IMG/VR virus record: IMGVR_UViG_3300049595_005065
DNA length: 64,000 bases
Source: a virus
Taxonomy: Duplodnaviria > Caudoviricetes
Direction: 5' to 3' (one strand)
In this document: positions 27,898-35,773 of the stretch, in pieces
Layout: the number at the start of each line of letters is the position of its first letter
How positions within the stretch are numbered: position 1 is the first letter of the stretch
The notes under the pieces: generated by a model
Told to the model about the DNA's origin: nothing
The model's database searches: none
What the model saw: the letters and a program-made list of their open reading frames with translations, nothing else
Made by a program: the position numbers and the translations under genes

Positions 27898-30532
27898 GGC
27901 GTCGTTACCTGTTTCCCTGGTCCGCCGACACAATCATCTCAGCGCCCTGTCGGCATTGGGCGTCCTGCCGGAAAAGCCCGCTTTCCCAGCCGTGGTCGAT
28001 TGTCCTTTCTGCCAGCAGCCCCAGCTCTATCTGTTCGATGACGTGGTGACGGATGGCATCTGGGCGCACTGCGAATCCTGCCGTGCGCATGGAGATATCA
28101 TAACCTTTGGCTCGTTAATCTGGAACAATAGCCGCGCCGAGGCGCTGGCCCGGCTGGTGGACCTTGGCGCAGCCAGCCAGGGCGAGGCCGACCGTTTGTC
28201 AGGGGAGTACTTCCGCGCCATCAACCGCCTGGAAGCCACCGAAGCTTTCTGGGCGCAGGCCAGCTCGCAGGTCTGGAACCACCACGACGACGTGATCGCC
28301 TGCCGCCAGCGCGAGCTGGGGCTGGACAGCACGATTGACGCCTGCAGCGGCGTGGTCGGCGTGGCGCACGCGGACCAGGTTGCCGAGTTCTGCCGCGCTG
28401 TAGGCCGCGCCCCGCCGCCCCGGATGCGCGAGCACGGGCCGACCCTGGTGTTGCCCTATTACGACCTGCCGGGGCGGTTCACGGGCGTGCTGCTCATCCA
28501 GTACAACGATGAGTTCATGTCGCGGCGGACGTTTATCGCGCTGCAGGGCTGCCCGAAGCGCCGCGCCGACGCCGGGTACTTCATGCTTGACACGGTCCTG
28601 CGGCCCTGCAACCCGTCGCTGCGCAACTCGTACTTTGTTTCAGACGATCCGTTCTGGGTCATCAAGGCGCAGATGGCGCAGCGCAAGGCAGGCCTGGAAA
28701 CACTGCCCCTGGCGGCGAGCTACTCGGGCCCCGAGGCGGTCAGCACCGGATTGAACTGGCAGTCGTTTGCCCCCACGCCGCGGTTGTTTCACAGCGCCGT
28801 GTTAACGCCCGACGTGATCTCCCAGGCCTGCACCGCCAAGGGTTACGTCTGCGTCCTGCCCCACAAGAACGTCGAGCAGAGCGCCACGCCGATGCGCTCG
28901 CTGCAGCGCCTGGCCGTCATTCGGCGCCAGGCGCAGACCTGGCAGGCCGCGCTGGAGTCGGCCCTGGAGCGCACCAACGAGACGGCGGCGCAGTCGTTCG
29001 TGACCAAGCTCACCATCGAGCTGCCGCGTCTGCAGAACTTCTTCCAGCAACGCAAACACAACCTGCCGCCGGAGTTCTGCGCCCGGCTGCTCACGCAGAT
29101 CGAGGCCGCGCCGGGCATTCCAACGAAGGTCTACAAGAAGGCGACCATCATCGAGCGGGACGGCTGCTGGTGGACGCACACCAACCACCAGGTCTGCAAC
29201 GCCCGCCCGCAGATCCACAAGATCGTCCATTCCGAACAGGGCGAGCGGATGTACGTCGGCACGATCGCAATCAACGGCCAGGAGCTGGAGTTCGCCGACA
29301 GCGCCGCACGCATCGAGCGAATCGGGTTGCTGGCGTACGCCGCGCAGCACGCGGCAGCGCACGGCCAACTGCTCCTTTTTGACCGGCACTGGAACGCCAA
29401 GAGCCACTTGGCGGCGCTCCGGCTGCATGAGCCAGAGATTGTTCACGTCTCCGGCGAGGCGGGCTGGAACGAACAGGCCAGTCAGTTTTGCTTTCGGCGG
29501 TACGCGCTTAACAACGACGGCAGCGTCACGCCTTGCCCCTATCCGCAAATCCAGGCGACGTTACCGGACTTCCCTGAGCCGATCGAGGTGGCACCGGTGA
29601 CGGTGCATCACCTGCTGACGCCCTCATACGAACACGCCACCCTGTGGACCAGCTTTGCGGCGATCGTCGCTGACCTGCTGGCGCCCGTGCTTGGACAGAC
29701 ACCCGTGGCCAACGGGGTGGTCGGCAGCACGTTCGACACGGCCTTGTCGGTCGGCCTTGGTCTCGACTGCGGAGAGTACCGCTGCTCCAGCTCGCAGCGG
29801 CAGAACGCCTCAACCAGCGTGATCGCGCACCTGCGTGATGTGCGCTGGCCCCTGTTTGCGTTCCACGCTTTCGACGACCTGATGCTCTGCCGAACGGTGC
29901 TCCGGGTGCCCAGCGGGCCGCTCTTCGCCCGGCTCGCGGAACTGACGGCCCACCTGGCGCCTGGCTACGGCTGGCAGGTGATCCGCGGACCAAGCCTGGA
30001 CGTTCGCCCCGACCTGTCGGCGCTGCGGTACATTCTGCCGACCTACGTCCAAAGGGCGCTTACCCAGCGGATGCACCTGGCGACGCAGCGGACCAATCTC
30101 ACAACGGCGGTGCTGCAGGACCTGGCAGGGTGGCTCAAAGATATCTATGGCGCGACGTTCAACGTGGCCTACGCAACCAACAAGCTGGTCACCCCCGACC
30201 GGGCCCACGAGGCCCTGATGGCGGCGATCAACCTGGGAATTACCTCCGGCGCGCTCGACGTCCTTCCCCGGCCGCGGCGAAAGGACCAGAACGGCAACTA
30301 CCTGCTCCGGCAAAAAACAAGCTGGTGGTTGAATCAGAAGGCCATAGATCGTTACTGTATTTCTGCCGGTGGAGTGATTCCTAACTGGGCGGCAGTTACC
30401 GAGTTGCTGGCGCACCAGGGCTTGCTGAACGACGAACAGGTCGTCCACGGCATGCCGGGACTGCTGGTGAACCGAGACTGGTGTGATTCGTTCTGGAGCG
30501 ACTACACAGCAGATGCGCGCGAACTTGGATAG
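27896..30532 (+). CDS. Zn-finger, degenerate primase/helicase-like protein
   Basis: N-terminal CPFC-x19-CESC; DnaG-like LVLPYYDLPGRFTG; no clear TOPRIM EG or Walker A motif. Confidence 0.5.
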   Translation: MASLPVSLVRRHNHLSALSALGVLPEKPAFPAVVDCPFCQQPQLYLFDDVVTDGIWAHCESCRAHGDIITFGSLIWNNSRAEALARLVDLGAASQGEADRLSGEYFRAINRLEATEAFWAQASSQVWNHHDDVIACRQRELGLDSTIDACSGVVGVAHADQVAEFCRAVGRAPPPRMREHGPTLVLPYYDLPGRFTGVLLIQYNDEFMSRRTFIALQGCPKRRADAGYFMLDTVLRPCNPSLRNSYFVSDDPFWVIKAQMAQRKAGLETLPLAASYSGPEAVSTGLNWQSFAPTPRLFHSAVLTPDVISQACTAKGYVCVLPHKNVEQSATPMRSLQRLAVIRRQAQTWQAALESALERTNETAAQSFVTKLTIELPRLQNFFQQRKHNLPPEFCARLLTQIEAAPGIPTKVYKKATIIERDGCWWTHTNHQVCNARPQIHKIVHSEQGERMYVGTIAINGQELEFADSAARIERIGLLAYAAQHAAAHGQLLLFDRHWNAKSHLAALRLHEPEIVHVSGEAGWNEQASQFCFRRYALNNDGSVTPCPYPQIQATLPDFPEPIEVAPVTVHHLLTPSYEHATLWTSFAAIVADLLAPVLGQTPVANGVVGSTFDTALSVGLGLDCGEYRCSSSQRQNASTSVIAHLRDVRWPLFAFHAFDDLMLCRTVLRVPSGPLFARLAELTAHLAPGYGWQVIRGPSLDVRPDLSALRYILPTYVQRALTQRMHLATQRTNLTTAVLQDLAGWLKDIYGATFNVAYATNKLVTPDRAHEALMAAINLGITSGALDVLPRPRRKDQNGNYLLRQKTSWWLNQKAIDRYCISAGGVIPNWAAVTELLAHQGLLNDEQVVHGMPGLLVNRDWCDSFWSDYTADARELG

Positions 30533-30542
30533 CGACCCGCGG

Positions 30543-30860
30543 ATGTCCTTCGAGCAGTACAACGAGCTTGCCAAGCTCTACGCTCGGTACGACGACGGCC
30601 TCGACGACGACTTCGTTGAAGAGGAGTGGCAGTTCGTTCACGAGGACGAAGACGACGAGGACGAAGACGAGGATTACACCCCAACCTCGACGCCGAGCTG
30701 GTTTGTCGACGACGAAGAGGACGAGGACGACGAGGATTACGAGGACGAAGACGACGAGGAAGACGACGACCAGGACTGGGACGCCGGAACCGAGGATTAC
30801 GAGGACGAGGACGACGAAGACGATGACGACTGGTATGAAGCCGACGACCCCGAGGAGTAA
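30543..30860 (+). CDS. extremely acidic D/E-rich protein
   Basis: Long D/E tracts with interspersed aromatic residues; alternative ATG at 30513. Confidence 0.75.
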   Translation: MSFEQYNELAKLYARYDDGLDDDFVEEEWQFVHEDEDDEDEDEDYTPTSTPSWFVDDEEDEDDEDYEDEDDEEDDDQDWDAGTEDYEDEDDEDDDDWYEADDPEE

Positions 30861-30862
30861 AC

Positions 30863-31315
30863 ATTCAGACCTTTCTTCCGTACGCCCGCTTTAACAAGTG
30901 CGCGTACGTCTTGGACAACAAGCGGTTGTTCAAGCAATCTGTAGAATGCAAACAGATACTTCTGGCGCTCGGCGTATCGGTCGGCGCCCATAAGCCAACG
31001 GGCAGCAAGGCCTGGCAGAATCACCCGGCGGTCCGCATGTGGCGCGGACATGAGCTGGCCCTGGCGATCTACTCGGCACACATCGCGCTGGAATGTCGTC
31101 GGCGTGGCTACAAGGACAAGCTGCTCGAGGAGTTTCTTGAGGTTGTCCGGCGGCTGCGCAAACCCGACGAGCCCGCGCGTTATCCGCCATGGATGCGCGA
31201 CTGGGGTATCATGACCAGCCACCGGTCCAACCTCCTGCGCAAGGACAAGGACTACTACACCCGGTTTGGTTGGTTGGTAAAGCCGGACCTTCCCTACAAG
31301 TGGCCTGTACCATGA
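30863..31315 (+). CDS. pyrimidine-dimer DNA glycosylase/endonuclease V family (MSMEG_6728-like), ATT start
   Basis: (I)QTFLPY...LDNKRLFKQSVECKQIL...NHPAVRMWRGHE; SD GAGGAG 5 nt before ATT. Confidence 0.8.
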   Translation: MQTFLPYARFNKCAYVLDNKRLFKQSVECKQILLALGVSVGAHKPTGSKAWQNHPAVRMWRGHELALAIYSAHIALECRRRGYKDKLLEEFLEVVRRLRKPDEPARYPPWMRDWGIMTSHRSNLLRKDKDYYTRFGWLVKPDLPYKWPVP

Positions 31316-31512
31316 AAGAATTCCTGAAGGGCATGGCGCGTTGCCTTGACCTTTTCGGCCTGCTCGACGATCCAATTGATCTGCCGGAAACCGATGAAGA
31401 AGCGTTTGAACGCGATCGCCAGGCGCTGCAGCAAGATTGGCTAACTGTAATGCGCGATATCCACGGACCAGGCTGGACACCGGAGAATACTGATGAGCTG
31501 GATCGTAGTTGA
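31312..31512 (+). CDS. small hypothetical protein
   Basis: ATGA overlap; 66 aa. Confidence 0.55.
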   Translation: MKEFLKGMARCLDLFGLLDDPIDLPETDEEAFERDRQALQQDWLTVMRDIHGPGWTPENTDELDRS

Positions 31513-32011
31513 CGTAGAGGCCGACGGGCCGATTCCGCCGGAGTTCTCGATGATCTGCTTCGGTGCGGTCGTCGTGGACGAGAACCTGGACAAGACGTTC
31601 TACGGCGAGACGGCGCCGATCTCGGAGCGCACGAACCTGGCAGCCGCTGCGATTAGCGGGATCTGCCGGGCGCAGCACGAAACGTTCGAGGATCCGGCGG
31701 CTGTTATGGCTCGGTTTGCCGAATGGATTCGCGCCAGCTCTAAGGGCCGCCCGATCTTCGTGTCGGACAACCCGGCTTTTGACTGGCAGTGGATTAACTA
31801 TTACTTCCACAAGTACCTGGGCGAAAACCCGTTTGGCTATTCGGCCAGGCGAATTGGCGATCTGTACTGCGGCTTGGTGAAAGACCCGTACGCGCGGTGG
31901 AAGCACCTGCGCAAGACTAACCACGACCACAACCCAGTGAACGACGCCAAGGGCAACGCCGAGGCGCTGCTGGCGATGCGCAACCTGGGCCTACCACTAA
32001 GGTTTTCATGA
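31493..32011 (+). CDS. DEDDh 3'-5' exo(ribo)nuclease (Rv2179c/DUF5051-like)
   Basis: VDVEADG (ExoI), NPAFDWQW (ExoII), HNPVNDA (ExoIII). Confidence 0.85.
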   Translation: MSWIVVDVEADGPIPPEFSMICFGAVVVDENLDKTFYGETAPISERTNLAAAAISGICRAQHETFEDPAAVMARFAEWIRASSKGRPIFVSDNPAFDWQWINYYFHKYLGENPFGYSARRIGDLYCGLVKDPYARWKHLRKTNHDHNPVNDAKGNAEALLAMRNLGLPLRFS

Positions 32012-32316
32012 GCCTGAACTTGACCATCCAGACGCTCAAGCACGTGCCCCTGCTGGACGTGTGCGCCGAGCTGCCAGAAGAACTTTTTGAATTTGTCATG
32101 GAGCGCCTGCACGATAGCGACTTGTCCTGGGGCAGCAACGCTAACACGTTTGCGTACAAGAGCCACCTGCGCTATGTAATTGAAGCTGCCTGGGTGGACT
32201 GGCGAAGCGACGATGACAAGGATCCTGATATGCTCGTCGCCCACAGCGCCTTTCGAGACGCGCTGGCCGCCCTGGACGCGCTTCCCAACGACGTGTTTAT
32301 TTCTCTGGGAGGCTGA
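32008..32316 (+). CDS. hypothetical protein
   Basis: ATGA overlap; 102 aa. Confidence 0.7.
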   Translation: MSLNLTIQTLKHVPLLDVCAELPEELFEFVMERLHDSDLSWGSNANTFAYKSHLRYVIEAAWVDWRSDDDKDPDMLVAHSAFRDALAALDALPNDVFISLGG

Positions 32317-32317
32317 C

Positions 32318-32644
32318 GTGGAAACCGTTGAGCACGACAATTATCAGGTCTCTGAACGCGTCGTGCTCGTCAAGGGCGACGTGTTCCGGGCTAGCGGCGG
32401 GCCGTACTACGTCATGCGTGACGAAACCGGCAAGAAGGTAAAATCGTCTATGGCGGCCAAGGGGCCGTTCAAGTTTCAACGATACTGCGCTCGCGGCCGC
32501 AAAAAATGGATTGAGGCGATCAGTATCAAGGAAGGCGGGTTCGTCGTGCTGCCGCTGACCAAGTGGCGCACGCTCGACCTGCCGAACTTCGTCAACAGAC
32601 CGTACAAGATCCTCGGTAAGAAACGCCCACCCAAAAAGAGGTGA
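32318..32644 (+). CDS. hypothetical basic protein
   Basis: GTG start with SD GGAGG. Confidence 0.7.
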   Translation: METVEHDNYQVSERVVLVKGDVFRASGGPYYVMRDETGKKVKSSMAAKGPFKFQRYCARGRKKWIEAISIKEGGFVVLPLTKWRTLDLPNFVNRPYKILGKKRPPKKR

Positions 32645-32647
32645 CGC

Positions 32648-32812
32648 ATGTCTCGCACACGCAAGCGCCCCTACACAGGCTCGAAACGATTCGACACCAG
32701 CTGCCGCTGCCACGGCAGCTGCGGTTATTGCCGCAACAACCGGCTGCACAGCACGCAACAGCGGCGCAGCGCAGCCGACGAGCAGCTTCGCGACTACCGC
32801 CGCGCGGGCTGA
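32648..32812 (+). CDS. small basic Cys-motif peptide (absent from ORF track)
   Basis: SD GAGGTG; MSRTRKRPYTGSKRFDTSCRCHGSCGYCRNNR, 54 aa. Confidence 0.65.
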   Translation: MSRTRKRPYTGSKRFDTSCRCHGSCGYCRNNRLHSTQQRRSAADEQLRDYRRAG

Positions 32813-32869
32813 AGTTAACGCGCCTCCGTGCGATAAACTAATTATCGTACGGAGGTGTGCTATGAACTT
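32812..32869 (+). promoter_or_regulatory. putative phage promoter within an SD-sequestering hairpin (copy 1)
   Basis: GTTAACGCGCCT-N12-CTAAT; 15-bp stem GCCTCCGTGCGATAA/TTATCGTACGGAGGT covers GGAGG. Confidence 0.5.
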
Positions 32870-33314
32870 TGAGATTCGCATCAAAGATATCAATCGGTTG
32901 GCGCTCACGGACGTGACGGCCATCATGAGCCGCCTGTCCTGGCCGGACTCTGGTAGCGACAGTTCGATTCAAAAAGAGCTGATTAAACGCTACGTTCACC
33001 CAACACCGGGGCCACACCCGCCCATGTGGTTGGCGATGGTCTGGCAAAACGGTTTTTTCGTCAGCTGGGTCGGCACCCGGATGTGGCCCGAGAAGTTCAA
33101 GGGCAACCCCGTGATGGCGCAGACGGTCGAGTGCTTCACCGATCCTGAGTGCCGCCGCCACGGGCTTGCCCGGCTGGGGCTTCAAGCGCTGATCTCCGCA
33201 GGCCTGTTACATCGCGATAGGATCGTCTCGGTCTACGCCCCAGAGGTCGTCAAGATGGCCCAGCAGTGTGGCTGCAAGACAGTTATCCTCTGCCACCCCG
33301 AGGAGGAAACATGA
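32862..33314 (+). CDS. GNAT-family acetyltransferase-like protein
   Basis: Motif A-like CFTDPECRRHGLARLGL. Confidence 0.6.
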   Translation: MNFEIRIKDINRLALTDVTAIMSRLSWPDSGSDSSIQKELIKRYVHPTPGPHPPMWLAMVWQNGFFVSWVGTRMWPEKFKGNPVMAQTVECFTDPECRRHGLARLGLQALISAGLLHRDRIVSVYAPEVVKMAQQCGCKTVILCHPEEET

Positions 33315-33529
33315 AGCGTTACCACGAAGAACAGCACATCGTTGCGCGGCGAGAGCGGCAGTACGTCTCTGCGCACGAGCACTCCCCGCGCACTCCCGGC
33401 CGGTTCCGCAAGACGCACATCGGTTGCAACCGAGCGTCCTGCCAGCTGTGCCACCCCGAGAAATTTCCCCGAAGAATTCCCACCCGCAAGGAGCAGCAAG
33501 CTCTGCGCGACCTTAACCCGGAGGAATAA
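33311..33529 (+). CDS. small basic Cys/His peptide
   Basis: SD GAGGAGG; GRFRKTHIGCNRASCQLCH. Confidence 0.65.
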   Translation: MKRYHEEQHIVARRERQYVSAHEHSPRTPGRFRKTHIGCNRASCQLCHPEKFPRRIPTRKEQQALRDLNPEE

Positions 33530-34242
33530 TGGGCTCGCACTTTTCGAGCACCACGTTTGACGGCAAACTCAATAGCACAGAATTGCGGCGCCAGTACGAC
33601 GCCTATATCACCGAGCTCCTGCACGAGCGCGGCACCGACGCCTACAACGGCACTTTGACGACCACCAGCGGTTTGATCATCGAAGACCGTGTTTTTGACA
33701 CGGAACAGGCGGCCAGCGATTACGTGGCCAGCAACACGCAAAAGTGGCAAGAAGCGCGAGCCGTAAAGTTTCGCGACGTTCGCACTGAAGACGACAAGCA
33801 GCCGACCTACAACGGGCAGCCGTTGCGTTTTGGCATCGGATTGCTTGCAGGCGGCGTGACCCTGCGCAGCGTCACGGTGGCGTATGTCGACCGCGCGCGG
33901 CACCTCATTCCGGCCGATCAGCTTCCCGCGGCGCACAAGGCCAAGGCCGTTGCGCTGTACACGGACTACTCTGATAAGTCTGCGGCATACACCCGGCTGC
34001 GCGGACAAATTGACCAGCTCGTCACGGAAAAGATCCAGAACGTCAAGGCCGAGCTGCCGACCACCGCCGACTACGCCGAACTTAAGCGGTTGCTGAAGCA
34101 GCGCAAGCGCGCCTATCTCGCTATGGAGAAGGCCTGCACAAAGATGCAGGAGTTTGATATCAAACAGGCGGCCAAGATTTACAGCACCAAGCAGGTCGAC
34201 CACGGAATCAAATGGTTCGTGGGCGGCTGGGCTGCCGAGTGA
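33529..34242 (+). CDS. hypothetical protein
   Basis: 237 aa, SD GGAGG. Confidence 0.75.
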   Translation: MGSHFSSTTFDGKLNSTELRRQYDAYITELLHERGTDAYNGTLTTTSGLIIEDRVFDTEQAASDYVASNTQKWQEARAVKFRDVRTEDDKQPTYNGQPLRFGIGLLAGGVTLRSVTVAYVDRARHLIPADQLPAAHKAKAVALYTDYSDKSAAYTRLRGQIDQLVTEKIQNVKAELPTTADYAELKRLLKQRKRAYLAMEKACTKMQEFDIKQAAKIYSTKQVDHGIKWFVGGWAAE

Positions 34243-34270
34243 CCCTAACCACACACAGAAGGAGAACCTC

Positions 34271-34582
34271 ATGGACCCCGTGAAGCAAATTCAGGACTGC
34301 GGCCTCGCCCTGGCGGACGCCGTGAAGCGCGAGATGGACCTCGAGAACCGGCGGCATACTGTCAAGCTGGGCGCGATCGACCGTATCATGAAGTCGGGCG
34401 ACAACCCGCTCACCGGCAAGGCCCACAGCTACAGCTCGGCCGAGGCGCTGGTCACGACCGACCAGCAGTACGCCGAGTACCTGGATGAGATCGCCAACGC
34501 CGTGCGCGTGAAGATCATTGCCAAGGCCCAGTACGACGCGGCCCTCGCGGCGGCCCGGCTCGTGGCTGAGGTGGCGGCGTGA
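34271..34582 (+). CDS. hypothetical protein
   Basis: SD AAGGAG; 103 aa. Confidence 0.7.
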   Translation: MDPVKQIQDCGLALADAVKREMDLENRRHTVKLGAIDRIMKSGDNPLTGKAHSYSSAEALVTTDQQYAEYLDEIANAVRVKIIAKAQYDAALAAARLVAEVAA

Positions 34583-34926
34583 CGACCGAAACCAAGCCAG
34601 CTGCCGTCGGATTGCAGGCCGTCAAAGACGCCGTCAAGAATTTTGAGCAGGTGCAGAAAAAGTACCGCGAATACGGCGCGACCGACACCGAGCCAGACGC
34701 TATTTTCCAGGGCATCCTCTGGAAGGTGATCAACGACGAGGACACCAACATCCCGATGTCCGGCGCTGGTTGGGAGCTGTATGCCAGCAGCATGGACTGC
34801 ACCGAGGCGGCCGACGCGCTGCATCTGGCTGCGCTGGGCGCCGTGCAGGCGATTTTTGCCTGCCGGATGGCCGATCGGCGCGAACTGCGGAAGTATCTCA
34901 GGGACGTGTGCTGGAGGTACAACTAA
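34579..34926 (+). CDS. hypothetical protein
   Basis: GTGA overlap; 115 aa. Confidence 0.7.
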   Translation: MTTETKPAAVGLQAVKDAVKNFEQVQKKYREYGATDTEPDAIFQGILWKVINDEDTNIPMSGAGWELYASSMDCTEAADALHLAALGAVQAIFACRMADRRELRKYLRDVCWRYN

Positions 34927-34928
34927 CC

Positions 34929-35306
34929 ATGAACATCGCCATCGCCGAGCGCTGGGTCGAGGCCTTGCGCTCGGGTAAGTACACTCAGGGCAAGAACCTG
35001 CTCAAGCAAAAATACGAGTCTGGTCAGATCGCATATTGCTGCTTGGGCGTGCTCTGCGAACTGTATATGCACGACCACCCTGACAACCCGTTTCAGCCCG
35101 CGCTGCAGCTTGAAATGCCAAAAGCAGATTCAGACAACGGTGATCGGTACGTGTTTGGCTCTGATTGCGAGATCCCGCCAGCGGCAATTCAGAAGTGGGC
35201 GGGCATCTACAGGCCTTCCTGCGTAGAGCTGGCCGAATTTAACGACAGCGGCGAAAGCTTTGACGAGCTGGCCGACCGAATCAGCGAATACGCCGAGCGC
35301 CTCTAA
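34929..35306 (+). CDS. conserved phage hypothetical protein
   Basis: WVEALRSGKYTQG...CCLGVLCE, a motif common in phage ORFs. Confidence 0.75.
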   Translation: MNIAIAERWVEALRSGKYTQGKNLLKQKYESGQIAYCCLGVLCELYMHDHPDNPFQPALQLEMPKADSDNGDRYVFGSDCEIPPAAIQKWAGIYRPSCVELAEFNDSGESFDELADRISEYAERL

Positions 35307-35761
35307 TGCCCCGCGTCTCAAACAAAAAAGCACGGGAGTACGTGAAGCGCCAGCAGCCGTTTCGCGGCTCGAATATCTTCGCCCGCGATTTGCGCAACGG
35401 CGCGTATTGCGTCTGGTCCTACACAGAAGACTGGCCGCTCTATCTGCGCTGGCGCGGTAACTGGTTCGGCAACGACGGCTGGTATTCGCGGACAACGTAT
35501 CGGCACAAAACGCTGCTGTGTCCCAGCGACAAGGTCAACTGGCTGCCGCGCTCAGTGCTGCAGATGTTCGTGGCATATTGCAACGCAAATGGCTACCAAC
35601 ACCAAAGCTCGCCGCTGAATTACGTGCTCCAGGTTGCCGGGCTCGCCCCGGAAACTACGTCGCCGCCGAGCGAGCTGGAGATCCCCGAGATCACGACGCA
35701 CCCGGCCCGTACCGCAGTGGACTGGGGCGCGGTTCACCGGCGTCGGCTGATGCCGGTCTGA
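35306..35761 (+). CDS. hypothetical protein
   Basis: TAATG overlap; 151 aa. Confidence 0.7.
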   Translation: MPRVSNKKAREYVKRQQPFRGSNIFARDLRNGAYCVWSYTEDWPLYLRWRGNWFGNDGWYSRTTYRHKTLLCPSDKVNWLPRSVLQMFVAYCNANGYQHQSSPLNYVLQVAGLAPETTSPPSELEIPEITTHPARTAVDWGAVHRRRLMPV

Positions 35762-35773
35762 ATAGATATCTAT

